This document shows positions 18,096-28,817 of a DNA stretch of 64,000 bases, in pieces. The stretch covers positions 103,503-167,502 of the forward strand of contig DFLU01000005.1 of assembly GCA_002375495.1 (NCBI GenBank). The letters run 5' to 3'. Source of the DNA: Flavobacteriaceae bacterium UBA3611. GTDB lineage: Bacteria; Bacteroidota; Bacteroidia; Flavobacteriales; Flavobacteriaceae. How positions within the stretch are numbered: the first letter of the stretch is position 1; each line of letters starts with the position of its first letter. The position numbers and the translations under genes were made by a program. The notes under the pieces are model-generated. The model was not told where the DNA came from. It ran no database searches and saw only the letters and a list, made by a program, of their open reading frames with translations.

Positions 18096-18898
18096 AAATT
18101 AATAAGTTGAATATATACTATCCAAAACGCATATTAATTCTTTTTCCGATGGTGGCATTGCTACTATCGAATGCTGCAATAGCGCAGTTTACGATTCCGC
18201 CAAAACCCACAAAGCAATCTGAACAGACTTCGCTCTACGATTACATCAATCTTCTATCAGGTTCTGAAAAAAATGCCTTAGAGCAAAAATTGCTACGGTA
18301 TTCAGATTCTACCTCAACGCAAATTCTGGTAGCGATTATCGGAACTTCAAACGGCGACGACCTAGCGTTGGTTGGAGCTAAATGGGGACAACAATGGGGT
18401 ATTGGGCAAGCCGACGAAGACAACGGGATTCTTATTATTCTAGCGAAGGAAGATCGTAAAATAGATATCAATACTGGCTACGGTATTGAGTATCGTGTAA
18501 GCGACCGGACGGCAGAAAAAATAATTAACCAAATTATGATTCCCGAGTTTAAATCAGGGAATTTTTACAGCGGTTTAGACAAAGGAACCGATGCGCTCTT
18601 CTACGCATTGAATGGCGAATTTAAAGAAGATCGGGACTTTAGCAAGAAAAATGACAACAGCCGATTTGTATTCCTCATCATTATTTTTATCATCATCATT
18701 ATTTTGTTGCGTAACCGTGGCGGTAAAGGCGGAAAAGGGGGCGGCGGCAGTCTATTGGACGTGATCATACTTAGCAATATGGGGCGTACGGGAGGATTTG
18801 GCGGTGGCGGAAGCTTTGGCGGTGGCAGTAGTGGTGGTTTTGGTGGCGGCTTCGGCGGTGGCGGCTTTGGAGGTGGCGGTGCTTCTGGTGGATGGTAA
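18089..18898 (+). CDS. TPM domain protein with Gly-rich tail (start uncertain)
   Basis: DNGILI, IDINTGYGIE motif, TM helix, FGGGGFGGGGASGGW tail. The listed TTG start lies in the heptamer array, so the true start may be downstream. Confidence 0.88.
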   Translation: MLEINKLNIYYPKRILILFPMVALLLSNAAIAQFTIPPKPTKQSEQTSLYDYINLLSGSEKNALEQKLLRYSDSTSTQILVAIIGTSNGDDLALVGAKWGQQWGIGQADEDNGILIILAKEDRKIDINTGYGIEYRVSDRTAEKIINQIMIPEFKSGNFYSGLDKGTDALFYALNGEFKEDRDFSKKNDNSRFVFLIIIFIIIIILLRNRGGKGGKGGGGSLLDVIILSNMGRTGGFGGGGSFGGGSSGGFGGGFGGGGFGGGGASGGW

Positions 18899-18995
18899 GC
18901 ACCGACACCGTGATGTGTGGTGGTGGTTTGGATAATTTTGTAAGATGCGAAGAACAAAATTAGACAAACTTTTCGTTCAATTTATCAGAATCTAA

Positions 18996-19111
18996 TCTCA
19001 ACTCATAACTCATAACTCATAACTCTCAACTCATAACTTGTCACACTGAGCTGTTACACTGAGCTGTTACACTGAGCCTGTCGAAGTGCTGTCGATGTGC
19101 TGTCGATGTGC
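18996..19111. repeat. Compound REP-like repeat cluster, inverted relative to 11518-11592
   Basis: TCWYAAC heptamers x6, TGTYACACTGAGC x3, TGTCGAWGTGC x3. Confidence 0.9.
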
Positions 19112-19129
19112 ACACCTCCCAACTAATCT

Positions 19130-21907
19130 TTAAAACCTAAAGAATCCGCCGTCATTTACTTCTCCCTTTTTACCCAAACTATTAAATTTCCAACTAAAAC
19201 TGAGCATTACATACCGTTCTAGCACGGTACTTTGTGAATCTTGAATATAATTTGCTGTGGCTGTTCGGCGGGTGTTGTTGTTCTGCCCCAAAATATCGTA
19301 TACCTTGAGTGTGATAGTTCCTTTGTCTTTTAAGACCGAATACGCCAACGTGCTATTCCAAAATAAGACACTACGCTGAAATCCCGCAGCAACATCCGGA
19401 TTGTAACTGTAATCGATATCGTTGCGCCATTCTAATTTTTCTGGGAAGAAGGTGGCAGTTTCTAAACCTACATTATGCCTCACAAAACTACGGTCATCAA
19501 ACGCATCTAGATCGTATGTGGTATTGGTAAAGCTTAGCCGATAGCTAGGAATGAATTCAAACCATTTTTTCCAAGTAAAAGTAATACGTGTGTCGGGTGA
19601 ATACGTAACATTATTTGAAGCGTACTCTACCCCGTTATTGAAATTGATGCTCTGGTTGGTGTTTACAGACATCGCCACGCGAAACTTTACTTCCCGTATG
19701 GTATCTAGCTTTACATTTTTGCTGTAGTTTCCACTTCCGTAGAAATAGTAGTTACCATCTACGTTCGTATAGGTCGTGGTTCTTACAAAATTCTCGTCGA
19801 TAGTAGTTTGGGGTACGATTTGATTCTCTGTTAGATTTCCGTTAGCCCAAAAGCCGAAACCTGTTCCCTTCTGAAAATCGAATGCATTATACCCCATATA
19901 CACATTGTGCTGATTAGAAGGTTCAAGATTCGGGTTACCAGTTACCACATTCAACGGGTCACTCACATCTTGAAATGGCTGAAGTTGTTGTACGTCTGGC
20001 GGACTGTTATTAAGTCTGTAATTGGCGTATAAGGATGCTTTCGGACTAAAGCGATAATTACCGTATGCATTTACTTCAACTGCTTCAAAATCCTGCTCAA
20101 ATGAGGTTTGTGGCCGTAAAGCATCTACATTTTCTAAGGTTCTAAACACATAAGACGCACTTAAGTTTGCGCTTAATTTTTCGCCATTGTATTGGAGTCC
20201 TAATGAGGGCGTGCTACGCCTATTGGTGTATTCAAAATTGGTACTCAAGGCTTGGTTAAAATCTATAAAATCTTGCGCATCCTCGTTAAAATCGAATGTG
20301 CTTTCAACACTTGTACGCGTATCTTCACGGTGGCTGTACCTCGGATTCAGGAACAACTTCTTCGCGATAATCGGGTACCGATAGCTTATGGATGCAAAAT
20401 AACTGTCTAGCGTAAATTTTTCGTCTGTAAACTGGTTTCTATCTAGTACCGACGGATTGTCACCGAATACTTCGGTACTTGATTCTAGGAATTGTTCAGC
20501 ATCGTTATTTTCAAATTCGGTATTCAGGCTTACATTTAACGAAGCTCCCCTATCACCAAAACGTTTGGTTATGTCTAGGTCATTCCTAAAACTTCTATTG
20601 ATATTTTCAGAAAAAGTAAACGTTTCAGCTTGGTTGGTTGTTTCACCCACTTCATTTCTTGAAATTTCGTCGTTCGAAAAACGTCGATTTCCGGTTCCGT
20701 AGGTAATCGAAGGCCGTACATTAATCAAAAAAGTAGAATCTACTTTTATGTCTAACCGTACATTAGTGTTGTTAGTATTGTTTTCAGTAAAGCTTTCAGA
20801 ATTAGAATTGGTAAAAAAGCGGGAATCTGGTAAAATATTTTCTCGTTGGGTACTATTCCGATTTTCACTATTACTACCTGCATAAAAATGGTCTGCAGTA
20901 ATCTCAAATTTCTCTCCGTAAGTATCTGCGTAATTCGCGCCGGCATTTCGCGATCGTACAATACCCTCTCCACCTCCAAATCGGCGACCATCAATTCCAA
21001 ACGAACCATCGCTGCTGGTAAAGATGCTTCGGCCACCGCCAAACATTTTCCGAATCTCGCCAAAGCTAAATCCAGCAGAATTGATATTGTTACCTCCCGC
21101 GAGTACACTAATGCGTTGGTCATTATCAAATCGGTTAAAAAACCCTGCAAATTCATAGCGCTCGTCGGTGCCTGCTCCACCTGCCACTCTACCAAAAACA
21201 CCTTTATTGTTTTCTTCTTTTATGGTCAGGTTAATCGTTTTGTTTTGTCCGTCACTTGCTTCTCCAGCAAAAGCTTCTGCATCGGTTTTGGTATCTGTAA
21301 CCTGCACTTTTTCAATAATTTCTTTGGTCAGGTTTCGAGTAGTAATCGTGGGATCGTCTCCAAAAAACGGTTTTCCGTTTACAAGGATTTTATTTACTTC
21401 CTTTCCGTTTACGGTAATCTGCCCTTCTGCATCTACCTCCACCCCAGGTAGTTTTTTTAATAAATCTTCTACGGTAGCGTCTTTTTTCGTCTTAAACGAT
21501 TTTACATTAAATTCTAGGGTATCTTTCTTAATGGTAATGGGCGCTCTCGATTTCAGCACTACTTCATCTAGGGTATTGGCATTGGTTTTCATCACAATGG
21601 TTCCCAAATTGATTTCTTCGGAAGTAGCCTTGAACTCTTTTTCGTATGTTTCAAAACCCACATAGGAGATGTAGATTTTTAAATTGGGATCTGTGGTCTT
21701 TTCTTCGATACGAAACGCACCGTCCTGATCTGAAATGGTGTAGGTTACCAATGTACTGTCTTTGGCACGTTCAACATAAATAGTTGCAGATTCTAGTGGT
21801 TTTTGGGTGTCTTCGGCAGTGAGGGTACCCGAAATCGTGAACGGTTGAAATTGGGCAAATGTAGTAAGGCTGCAAAAAAACAGCAGCGCGCGTAGGCATT
21901 GCTTCAT
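19130..21907 (-). CDS. Outer-membrane beta-barrel protein with carboxypeptidase-regulatory-like N-domain
   Basis: Signal peptide from MKQCLRALL, ISYVGF domain, LLKKLPGVEV plug-like segment, C-terminal YVMLSFSWKFN. Confidence 0.85.
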   Translation of the reverse strand: MKQCLRALLFFCSLTTFAQFQPFTISGTLTAEDTQKPLESATIYVERAKDSTLVTYTISDQDGAFRIEEKTTDPNLKIYISYVGFETYEKEFKATSEEINLGTIVMKTNANTLDEVVLKSRAPITIKKDTLEFNVKSFKTKKDATVEDLLKKLPGVEVDAEGQITVNGKEVNKILVNGKPFFGDDPTITTRNLTKEIIEKVQVTDTKTDAEAFAGEASDGQNKTINLTIKEENNKGVFGRVAGGAGTDERYEFAGFFNRFDNDQRISVLAGGNNINSAGFSFGEIRKMFGGGRSIFTSSDGSFGIDGRRFGGGEGIVRSRNAGANYADTYGEKFEITADHFYAGSNSENRNSTQRENILPDSRFFTNSNSESFTENNTNNTNVRLDIKVDSTFLINVRPSITYGTGNRRFSNDEISRNEVGETTNQAETFTFSENINRSFRNDLDITKRFGDRGASLNVSLNTEFENNDAEQFLESSTEVFGDNPSVLDRNQFTDEKFTLDSYFASISYRYPIIAKKLFLNPRYSHREDTRTSVESTFDFNEDAQDFIDFNQALSTNFEYTNRRSTPSLGLQYNGEKLSANLSASYVFRTLENVDALRPQTSFEQDFEAVEVNAYGNYRFSPKASLYANYRLNNSPPDVQQLQPFQDVSDPLNVVTGNPNLEPSNQHNVYMGYNAFDFQKGTGFGFWANGNLTENQIVPQTTIDENFVRTTTYTNVDGNYYFYGSGNYSKNVKLDTIREVKFRVAMSVNTNQSINFNNGVEYASNNVTYSPDTRITFTWKKWFEFIPSYRLSFTNTTYDLDAFDDRSFVRHNVGLETATFFPEKLEWRNDIDYSYNPDVAAGFQRSVLFWNSTLAYSVLKDKGTITLKVYDILGQNNNTRRTATANYIQDSQSTVLERYVMLSFSWKFNSLGKKGEVNDGGFFRF

Positions 21908-22018
21908 AAGAGATGATTCGTTAGTTGATTGACGTTGGTGCTTCAATAACGATGTTTTTACAGAAATGTTTCAATCTCAAAAAAGAAGCACTACATATAA
22001 CATCGGAAAAGACATGAC

Positions 22019-23320
22019 CTACTTCTTCCTGATATAAATAGTTACCGGAACACCCGTAAAGTCGAATTCTTTTCGAAGTTTGTTTTCAATAAAGCGTTTG
22101 TAGGGTTCTTTTACGTACTGCGGAAGGTTTGCAAAAAATGCAAAAGCAGGATAGGGAGTTGGCAGTTGGGTACAGTATTTAATTTTTACGAATTTTCCTT
22201 TGTATTGCGGTGGCGGATACGCCTGGATAATAGGCAACATGGTGTCGTTAAGCGTCGAAGTTTTAATTTTTTTACTTCTATTTTTGAATACCTCAACCGC
22301 TGTTTCAATTGCTTTGAAGATTCGTTGCTTCGTTGTTGCAGACATGAACACAATCGGGATATCTGTGTAAGGCTCACATTCTTTACGAATATAAGCTTCC
22401 ATTTCTTTGGTGCTTTGGTTGTCTTTTTCAACCAAATCCCATTTGTTCACCAAAATCACAATCCCTTTGTTATTGCGCTGTGCCAGCCAGAAAATATTCT
22501 GTACTTGACCATCAAAGCCTCGAGTGGCATCAAAAACCAAGAGGCAAACGTCACTATGCTCTATGGCACGCACACTACGCATTACCGAATAAAACTCAAG
22601 GTCTTCTTTTACTTTCGACTTTTTTCGGATCCCTGCAGTATCTACCAAATTAAATTCAAATCCGAAACGATTGTATTTAGTATCAATACTGTCGCGCGTA
22701 GTACCTGCAATGTCGGTTACTACAAAACGTTCTTTCCCAATTAATGCATTGATAAATGACGATTTTCCCGCATTCGGTCTACCTACCACGGCGAATCGTG
22801 GCAGTTGTTCTTCCTCAACCTCTTCTTCGTCTGGCAATGCCTTTACTAAATCGTCTAACAAATCGCCGCTACCGCTACCATTGATGCTTGAAATAGTATA
22901 GTACTTTTCTACGCCCAAGGAGTAAAATTCTACTGCGTCATTCTCGCGTTTGGAGCTATCTACCTTGTTTACTGCCAGAAAATAGGGTTTCTGACTTTTC
23001 CGAAGTAATTCTGCTACTTCTTCATCCATTCCCGTCACGCCACTCTCCACATCTACCATAAAGATGATGGCATCTGCTTCGTCTATGGCGAGTTCGACCT
23101 GTTTATCGATTTCCGCTTCAAAAATATCGTCGCTACCCACTACATAACCGCCGGTATCTATCAACGAGAATTCCTTTCCGTTCCAATCACTTTTTCCGTA
23201 GTGGCGATCACGGGTCACCCCGCTCACAGCATCGGTAATAGCTTCACGCCGCTGAATTAAACGATTAAAAAACGTAGACTTTCCTACATTGGGTCTCCCT
23301 ACAATGGCAACAATACTCAT
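22019..23320 (-). CDS. der: Ribosome biogenesis GTPase Der
   Basis: Two G domains ([16 protein letters not shown]; DTGG, DTAG; NKVD, NKWD) and KH-like C-terminus. Confidence 0.98.
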   Translation of the reverse strand: MSIVAIVGRPNVGKSTFFNRLIQRREAITDAVSGVTRDRHYGKSDWNGKEFSLIDTGGYVVGSDDIFEAEIDKQVELAIDEADAIIFMVDVESGVTGMDEEVAELLRKSQKPYFLAVNKVDSSKRENDAVEFYSLGVEKYYTISSINGSGSGDLLDDLVKALPDEEEVEEEQLPRFAVVGRPNAGKSSFINALIGKERFVVTDIAGTTRDSIDTKYNRFGFEFNLVDTAGIRKKSKVKEDLEFYSVMRSVRAIEHSDVCLLVFDATRGFDGQVQNIFWLAQRNNKGIVILVNKWDLVEKDNQSTKEMEAYIRKECEPYTDIPIVFMSATTKQRIFKAIETAVEVFKNRSKKIKTSTLNDTMLPIIQAYPPPQYKGKFVKIKYCTQLPTPYPAFAFFANLPQYVKEPYKRFIENKLRKEFDFTGVPVTIYIRKK

Positions 23321-23488
23321 GGTTTGATTCTTAAAGGGTGCAAAGTTAGAACATCCTTAGCAGTATTCAGTGGCAGTTAGCAGTTTTCTAACAATAATGT
23401 GCATGCTTGCTAAGTTTGGATGCATTATATGTAAAATTTTTATCAACTCTAAAAAAATCAGTACCTTCCTTCCCCAACCTATGTGAAG

Positions 23489-23986
23489 ATGCATCTTTCG
23501 GAAAATATAGTACTTCGTCCCAGATTTCAATTTCAAGTTTCAGCAACCAAAGATGAGCTTTTAGCTGCGTTTCAAAATGCCAAAAAGTCTCAAAAAGCCT
23601 ATATTCTCTCTATTGTAGACGACCATATTTTTATAAAAATACCAAAGCAAAAACAACATTTCTGGTCACCGCAACTTCATTTAGAATTACGCACCAATGA
23701 AGATTCAGGACTGATGTTACATGGTTTATTCGGTCCGAATCCGACCGTATGGACGCTTTTTATGTTTCTGCATTTTGTAGTAGCCACCCTATTTATAGGT
23801 TTGGGTGCATGGGCGTACAGTAATTATGCCTTGGACCAATCGTACAGGCTACAACTTGTCATGATGTTTGTTCTCATAGGAATCTGGTTTACGCTCTACT
23901 TTGCCGGGAGAATGGGCAAAAAAGCTGGGCGCAAAGAAACCAACGAACTCTATAGCTTTATGCAATCGATTGTTAGCATACCCTAG
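23489..23986 (+). CDS. Conserved membrane protein
   Basis: HFWSPQL and GLFGPNPTVWTLFMF segments followed by two TM helices. Confidence 0.75.
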   Translation: MHLSENIVLRPRFQFQVSATKDELLAAFQNAKKSQKAYILSIVDDHIFIKIPKQKQHFWSPQLHLELRTNEDSGLMLHGLFGPNPTVWTLFMFLHFVVATLFIGLGAWAYSNYALDQSYRLQLVMMFVLIGIWFTLYFAGRMGKKAGRKETNELYSFMQSIVSIP

Positions 23987-23991
23987 CACTG

Positions 23992-24885
23992 TTACTTTTG
24001 ATTATAGCCAAACCTGCGGAGTTGCTTTTCGTTACTGCGCCAATTCTTGTTCACCTTTACATAGGTTTCTAAGTGTACTTGTTTTCCGAAAAAGGCTTCC
24101 AAATCTTTGCGAGCTTCAATACCCACGCGTTTTAAAGGCGCTCCTTTATGGCCAATAATGATTCCTTTTTGCGTTTCTCGCTCTACCATAATCACAGACC
24201 TGATACGGATGATATTTTCTTCTTCAAAAAACTCTTCGGTATCGATTTCTACGGAATACGGGATTTCTTTTTTATAGTGCATCAGGATTTTCTCACGAAT
24301 GATTTCATTCACAAAAAAGCGTTCGGGCTTGTCGGTAAGTTGGTCTTTGGGATAGAATGGCGGACTCTCAGGAAGTAGCTCGATGATACGGTTGAAGACC
24401 TCGGCAACCCCGAAATTTTGCAGTGCTGAAATAGCGAATATTTCAGCATTGGGCACCTTTTGTTGCCAATGATCTAATGCTTCGGCCAACAATTGCTCAT
24501 TGCCTTTATCTATTTTATTGATAAGCAGTAGCACTGGAATTTTCGCATTGGTAATCTTGGCGAAAAACTGTTCATCTTTCAATTCTTTTTCGCCTAATTC
24601 TACCAAATACAGCAACACATCGGCATCTTCAAAAGCAGATTTCACAAAATCCATCATGCTTTCCTGCAACTGGTACGCTGGTTTAATAATGCCCGGTGTA
24701 TCGCTTAAAATAATTTGAAAATCGTCTCCATTTACAATCCCTAAGATACGGTGGCGAGTGGTCTGAGCCTTACTGGTAATAATAGACAAGCGCTCCCCGA
24801 CAAACGCATTCATAAGGGTACTTTTACCTACGTTTGGGTTTCCTATAATATTAACGAACCCAGCTTTGTGTTTAGAATCTTCCAT
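23992..24885 (-). CDS. era: GTPase Era
   Basis: Start MEDSKHKAGFV; GNPNVGKS, QTTRH, DTPG, NKID and the KH motif IIIGHKG. Confidence 0.98.
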   Translation of the reverse strand: MEDSKHKAGFVNIIGNPNVGKSTLMNAFVGERLSIITSKAQTTRHRILGIVNGDDFQIILSDTPGIIKPAYQLQESMMDFVKSAFEDADVLLYLVELGEKELKDEQFFAKITNAKIPVLLLINKIDKGNEQLLAEALDHWQQKVPNAEIFAISALQNFGVAEVFNRIIELLPESPPFYPKDQLTDKPERFFVNEIIREKILMHYKKEIPYSVEIDTEEFFEEENIIRIRSVIMVERETQKGIIIGHKGAPLKRVGIEARKDLEAFFGKQVHLETYVKVNKNWRSNEKQLRRFGYNQK

Positions 24886-24979
24886 AGTGTAAAGGTACGG
24901 TTCAAAATGATTAAAAATAAAAATTCCGCAGACAATAAAAGCCAACGGAATTTTCAAAAACTAGTATTTCAACAGTCAC

Positions 24980-26383
24980 TTAAAATAAATCATAATTTGG
25001 CCACGAGCTTCTATTTTCGATACTGGATTGCATGAGTTGTTGCATGTCGGTAATAATGGCGAAAATATCTGTGGAGGGTCTTGTATTTGTAAGTATAACA
25101 TAATTGTATTCTCCAGCTATTTTACCTACTACAGAAGATGTGCCGGGCAATGAGCCAGCAAACCACCAGTCTGATACGCCAATATAGTTAACAGCCGTAG
25201 TTTGTGAAGTAAGAATGTCTGGCACGGCATTGCCTCCGTCTACGCGAACCAATAATTTTGCCAGGTCTGTGGCACTGGCAACCCAACCGCCGTGTGAATC
25301 CATTCTAGGAACGTTCATATCGGTATACGGGTTAAAATTTTCTTGGCTATAGTATTCTACTTCGTTCGGCCAGGTTTCAGTTCCTGGTTTGGCATTTTGC
25401 ATGGTAGTAATGCCAGATGGAGATAATATTTGGTCTTTCACATAATCTACGTAAGACATGCCCGTTACTTTTTCGACTACTCTACCCAATACGCAATAAC
25501 CAAAATTTGAATAATAGTAGGTAGCACCAGGCACCGTTTCTAGAGGTCTGTTATTTACGATATCATCAATTACCTGTTCTTGAGACCAATTGATATTGGC
25601 AAACATAGGGTCGAACGGATTGTTAGTCCATCCCGAGACATGATCTATGAGATGTATTACCTGAATGTTTTCAATATTTGTACCGTATGGAGCCGTTCCG
25701 TAGTCGGTTCCTAGAATGCCGTTGGCTCCAAATACCGTATCGTTAAGTCCGATAATCCCATCTTGAACCAATTTTAGGATGGCAATCACTGTCACCGGTT
25801 TCGAAACACTTGCTATTCTGAAAAGCGACGCGTCTGTGACCGACTGGGTGCCCGCAATATCTGCGTTACCATAGTGGTTTGCATATACGAGTTTTTCGTT
25901 TTTTACGATTGCTAATTGAAAGCCAGGAGCGTTGTATTGTGTTCGCAGATTTTCTATGGCTGCATCGAGTGCTGTGAAGTTTCCTTCGCTTGTCACGGTA
26001 TAATTATTTTCATCGCCGTTTTCAGCAACAACAGTTAAGGTTACAGAACTCGTAAAATTAATAGGAGTTTCACCACTGACGATTTCATTGGCACCAATAA
26101 ATAATTGCGCTCCAGGAGAAAGCTCATAGTTTACAACAATAGCACTACGATTTACATTGGGCGGAAAAAACACCTTAAAAGTATTATTCCCGGCTTGTAC
26201 ATCTGCATCTATAGGCATATTATTAGCAGCAGCTGGAATGGCGAAGTTTGTTATTAAATTGGCTGCACTTCCTGGGTCTTGGCCCATATCGTCATCGTTC
26301 ATCATCGGGCTAGAGTCGTCATTACTACTACAAGCAAGGAGAAGTGCCAACACAAAAATAGAGAGGTATTTAAATAGTCGCAT
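24980..26383 (-). CDS. Lipoprotein: Ig-like (DUF5018-like) domain plus serine hydrolase of beta-lactamase fold
   Basis: Lipobox LLAC; FRIASVSK (SxxK), YYYSN (YxN), GGWVASATDLAK; N-terminal VTLTVVAENG..NYTVT domain. Confidence 0.85.
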   Translation of the reverse strand: MRLFKYLSIFVLALLLACSSNDDSSPMMNDDDMGQDPGSAANLITNFAIPAAANNMPIDADVQAGNNTFKVFFPPNVNRSAIVVNYELSPGAQLFIGANEIVSGETPINFTSSVTLTVVAENGDENNYTVTSEGNFTALDAAIENLRTQYNAPGFQLAIVKNEKLVYANHYGNADIAGTQSVTDASLFRIASVSKPVTVIAILKLVQDGIIGLNDTVFGANGILGTDYGTAPYGTNIENIQVIHLIDHVSGWTNNPFDPMFANINWSQEQVIDDIVNNRPLETVPGATYYYSNFGYCVLGRVVEKVTGMSYVDYVKDQILSPSGITTMQNAKPGTETWPNEVEYYSQENFNPYTDMNVPRMDSHGGWVASATDLAKLLVRVDGGNAVPDILTSQTTAVNYIGVSDWWFAGSLPGTSSVVGKIAGEYNYVILTNTRPSTDIFAIITDMQQLMQSSIENRSSWPNYDLF

Positions 26384-26494
26384 AGTTGAAATGTTTTTGG
26401 ATGTTTTCAATACATCGAGCATTTATATTAATGTCATCAATAAATCCCAAAAAAGAGTTTTTTAAATTTTGGTTGGGGTTAGCCATGCGGCCCA

Positions 26495-26956
26495 CTAAAT
26501 CTTCGGCTTATTGCGACTACGGTCGTACAGCACAATACTTCCTGCCACCGCAACATTTAGGCTAAACGTAGAGGGAAATTGTATTAAAAAATGTGATTTT
26601 GAAATGGCTTCGTTTGTGAGCCCATGATCTTCGGCACCTAACAAATAAACACAGCGTTTCGGATGTTGGAAATCTTCTAAATTTTCAGCCCCGTCTGTTT
26701 TTTCGACCCCTACAATTCGAACGCCCTTTGGCAGATGTGCGAAGAAATCGGCAAAGGTTTTATAGTGATAGTACGGCATCGATTTTACCGCGTTGTGGGT
26801 ATCGCTGGCTTGATTGGCATATCGCTTCCCGATGGTAAAGATAAAATGTGCGCCCATATTTTGGGCGGTACGCCAAAGCACCCCAAGATTTTCTGGGGTT
26901 TTTCCGTTCATGATGCCGATTCCGAAGAAATCTGTGGTAAAATTGTCAGGTTGCAT
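26495..26956 (-). CDS. TrmH/SpoU family RNA methyltransferase
   Basis: NLGVLWRTA, LGAEDHGL and SLNVAVAG SPOUT motifs. Confidence 0.92.
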   Translation of the reverse strand: MQPDNFTTDFFGIGIMNGKTPENLGVLWRTAQNMGAHFIFTIGKRYANQASDTHNAVKSMPYYHYKTFADFFAHLPKGVRIVGVEKTDGAENLEDFQHPKRCVYLLGAEDHGLTNEAISKSHFLIQFPSTFSLNVAVAGSIVLYDRSRNKPKI

Positions 26957-27427
26957 ACCTGCAAAGATAAGCTCTTATGTCTTAGTACTGAAGGAAGCTT
27001 GTGATGTGGTTGTTTATTTTTCCAGGGTATTGGAAAAATTATCTTCTGAATTTTGAGGAAAGAATAAGCGAAAGTCAAATTTAAACTTATCCATATCAAG
27101 ATTTGCAAATTTAGGTTTCGCGTCTTTTGTATTTGTAGGCTTTGGATTATTGTTCATTAAGTATGTATTATTTGGGGTCATTAATATTATGATGCAAATA
27201 TCGGGTATTGGTAAAAGTCCTACATCACAAAAAATATTATTTCTATGTTAATATTTCTATAATACAAAAACACAAACCATGCCTTAAACACTGGTGTTTA
27301 GCGCAGTTTAATAGAAAAAATTTGAATTTTGTTAGTTATTGTATTTATTATGCTAATGTTAAGTAAGTTTGACAAGTGTTACATCAGCAAAAACAAAACG
27401 TATTGTTAATGCGTTAATTCTATTACT

Positions 27428-28753
27428 ATGCGGTATTTTATAAAATTCTCTGTTTCGTTGATCATTCTCGTTTGTTTCATTTCTTGTGCTGAAAAAAAAA
27501 TACACCCATACCAAGCTATTGTTAGTTCAGACATCGATAATTTTTTCAATGCTTTTGATGCCATACATCAAACTACCGACAGTCTAGAACAGCTCATCAG
27601 TTTAAGAACTGAATTTTTGGACAAAGCTTCGGAAGGACAACTCGCAATGATTGCAGCCAGAAATTACTCGAAACAAGAATATCTGGACGTTATATTAGCG
27701 TATCCAAAGTTTTGGAATTCTATAAGGAAAAACACCAACGACATGACTCCTCATAATGAAGCTTTGAGGGAAGGAGTTCAACAATTAAGGAATATCTATC
27801 CCGATTTAGAAAGCGGCACTATCTATTATACCGTGGGTGCTTTTCGGTCGCCAGGAACAGGTTTAAACGATAAAATACTCATAGGCAGTGAGTTTGCGCT
27901 AGGAGAAACAACAACTGACGTTTCAGAATTTAAAGGGGTACGTGACCATACCGCCAATTATTATAAAATTGACCCGAAACAATATCTATCTTTTCTCACA
28001 GTACACGAATATGTGCATACGCAACAAAAGGATATTCCAGACAATTTATTGTCGCATACCCTACGGGAAGGAATTGCTGAGTTTGTAGCGATACAGGCAA
28101 CAGGAAAAGATTCGCCTTGGGGAGCCTTCAATTATGGCCCCGAAAATGAAACATTTGTCAGAAATACATTCGAATCGCAGATGTTTAATGGTCGATCCTA
28201 CGGAAATTGGCTGTGGAATGGAACAGACAATCTCTTTGGCCATCATGATATGGCGTATTATGTAGGCTATAAAATAGCACAACTTCATTACGACGCGGCA
28301 ACCGACAAACAGAAAGCAATTAAAGAGTTGATTGAATTAGATTTTATGGATGAGCAGGCCGTAGAACGTTTGGTAGACGGCAGCGGTTATTTTTCTGCCA
28401 ATTTAGACGTACTCTACGAAAATTACCAAAAAAACAGACCCAAAGTGTTGGCTATTGAACCTTTTGAAAATGGAAGCCAGCAAGTAGACCCATCGATTGA
28501 TGAAGTTACTGTACGATTTACCAAGCCATTAGACACCTTATACCGAGGCTTCGATTTTGGGCCTTTGGGAGAGCAAAACGCAATGAAGCTGACTAAATAC
28601 CTAGGTTTTTCTGAAGATGGAAAGTCAGTTAGGTTTCAAGTAGATTTAAAGCCCAACACCCAGTATCAGTTACAATTGCCAAGCAAGTTTGTAGATAGTG
28701 ATGGCAATGCTATACCCCCTTACCTCATCGATTTTAAAACAAGTGGAAATTAG
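27428..28753 (+). CDS. Lipoprotein, putative zinc peptidase (DUF2268-like) with C-terminal Ig-like domain
   Basis: Lipobox FISC; HEYVH plus EGIAE; GYKI segment; C-terminal PFENGS..VDP...LKPNTQYQL Big_5-like domain. Confidence 0.75.
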   Translation: MRYFIKFSVSLIILVCFISCAEKKIHPYQAIVSSDIDNFFNAFDAIHQTTDSLEQLISLRTEFLDKASEGQLAMIAARNYSKQEYLDVILAYPKFWNSIRKNTNDMTPHNEALREGVQQLRNIYPDLESGTIYYTVGAFRSPGTGLNDKILIGSEFALGETTTDVSEFKGVRDHTANYYKIDPKQYLSFLTVHEYVHTQQKDIPDNLLSHTLREGIAEFVAIQATGKDSPWGAFNYGPENETFVRNTFESQMFNGRSYGNWLWNGTDNLFGHHDMAYYVGYKIAQLHYDAATDKQKAIKELIELDFMDEQAVERLVDGSGYFSANLDVLYENYQKNRPKVLAIEPFENGSQQVDPSIDEVTVRFTKPLDTLYRGFDFGPLGEQNAMKLTKYLGFSEDGKSVRFQVDLKPNTQYQLQLPSKFVDSDGNAIPPYLIDFKTSGN

Positions 28754-28817
28754 CATACTTGCAATGTCTTTAGTTGGATTGACATTGCTCACAAAGGGGA
28801 AAATGTTAAGAAAAGAA

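Noticed and set aside
18720-18898. GGC/GGT-rich low-complexity DNA as a repeat element
   Set aside because: It encodes the ordinary Gly-rich tail of TPM-domain proteins.
24980-26383. Antibiotic-resistance beta-lactamase call
   Set aside because: The fold is shared by many peptidases and esterases, the third motif is atypical, and there is no resistance context.
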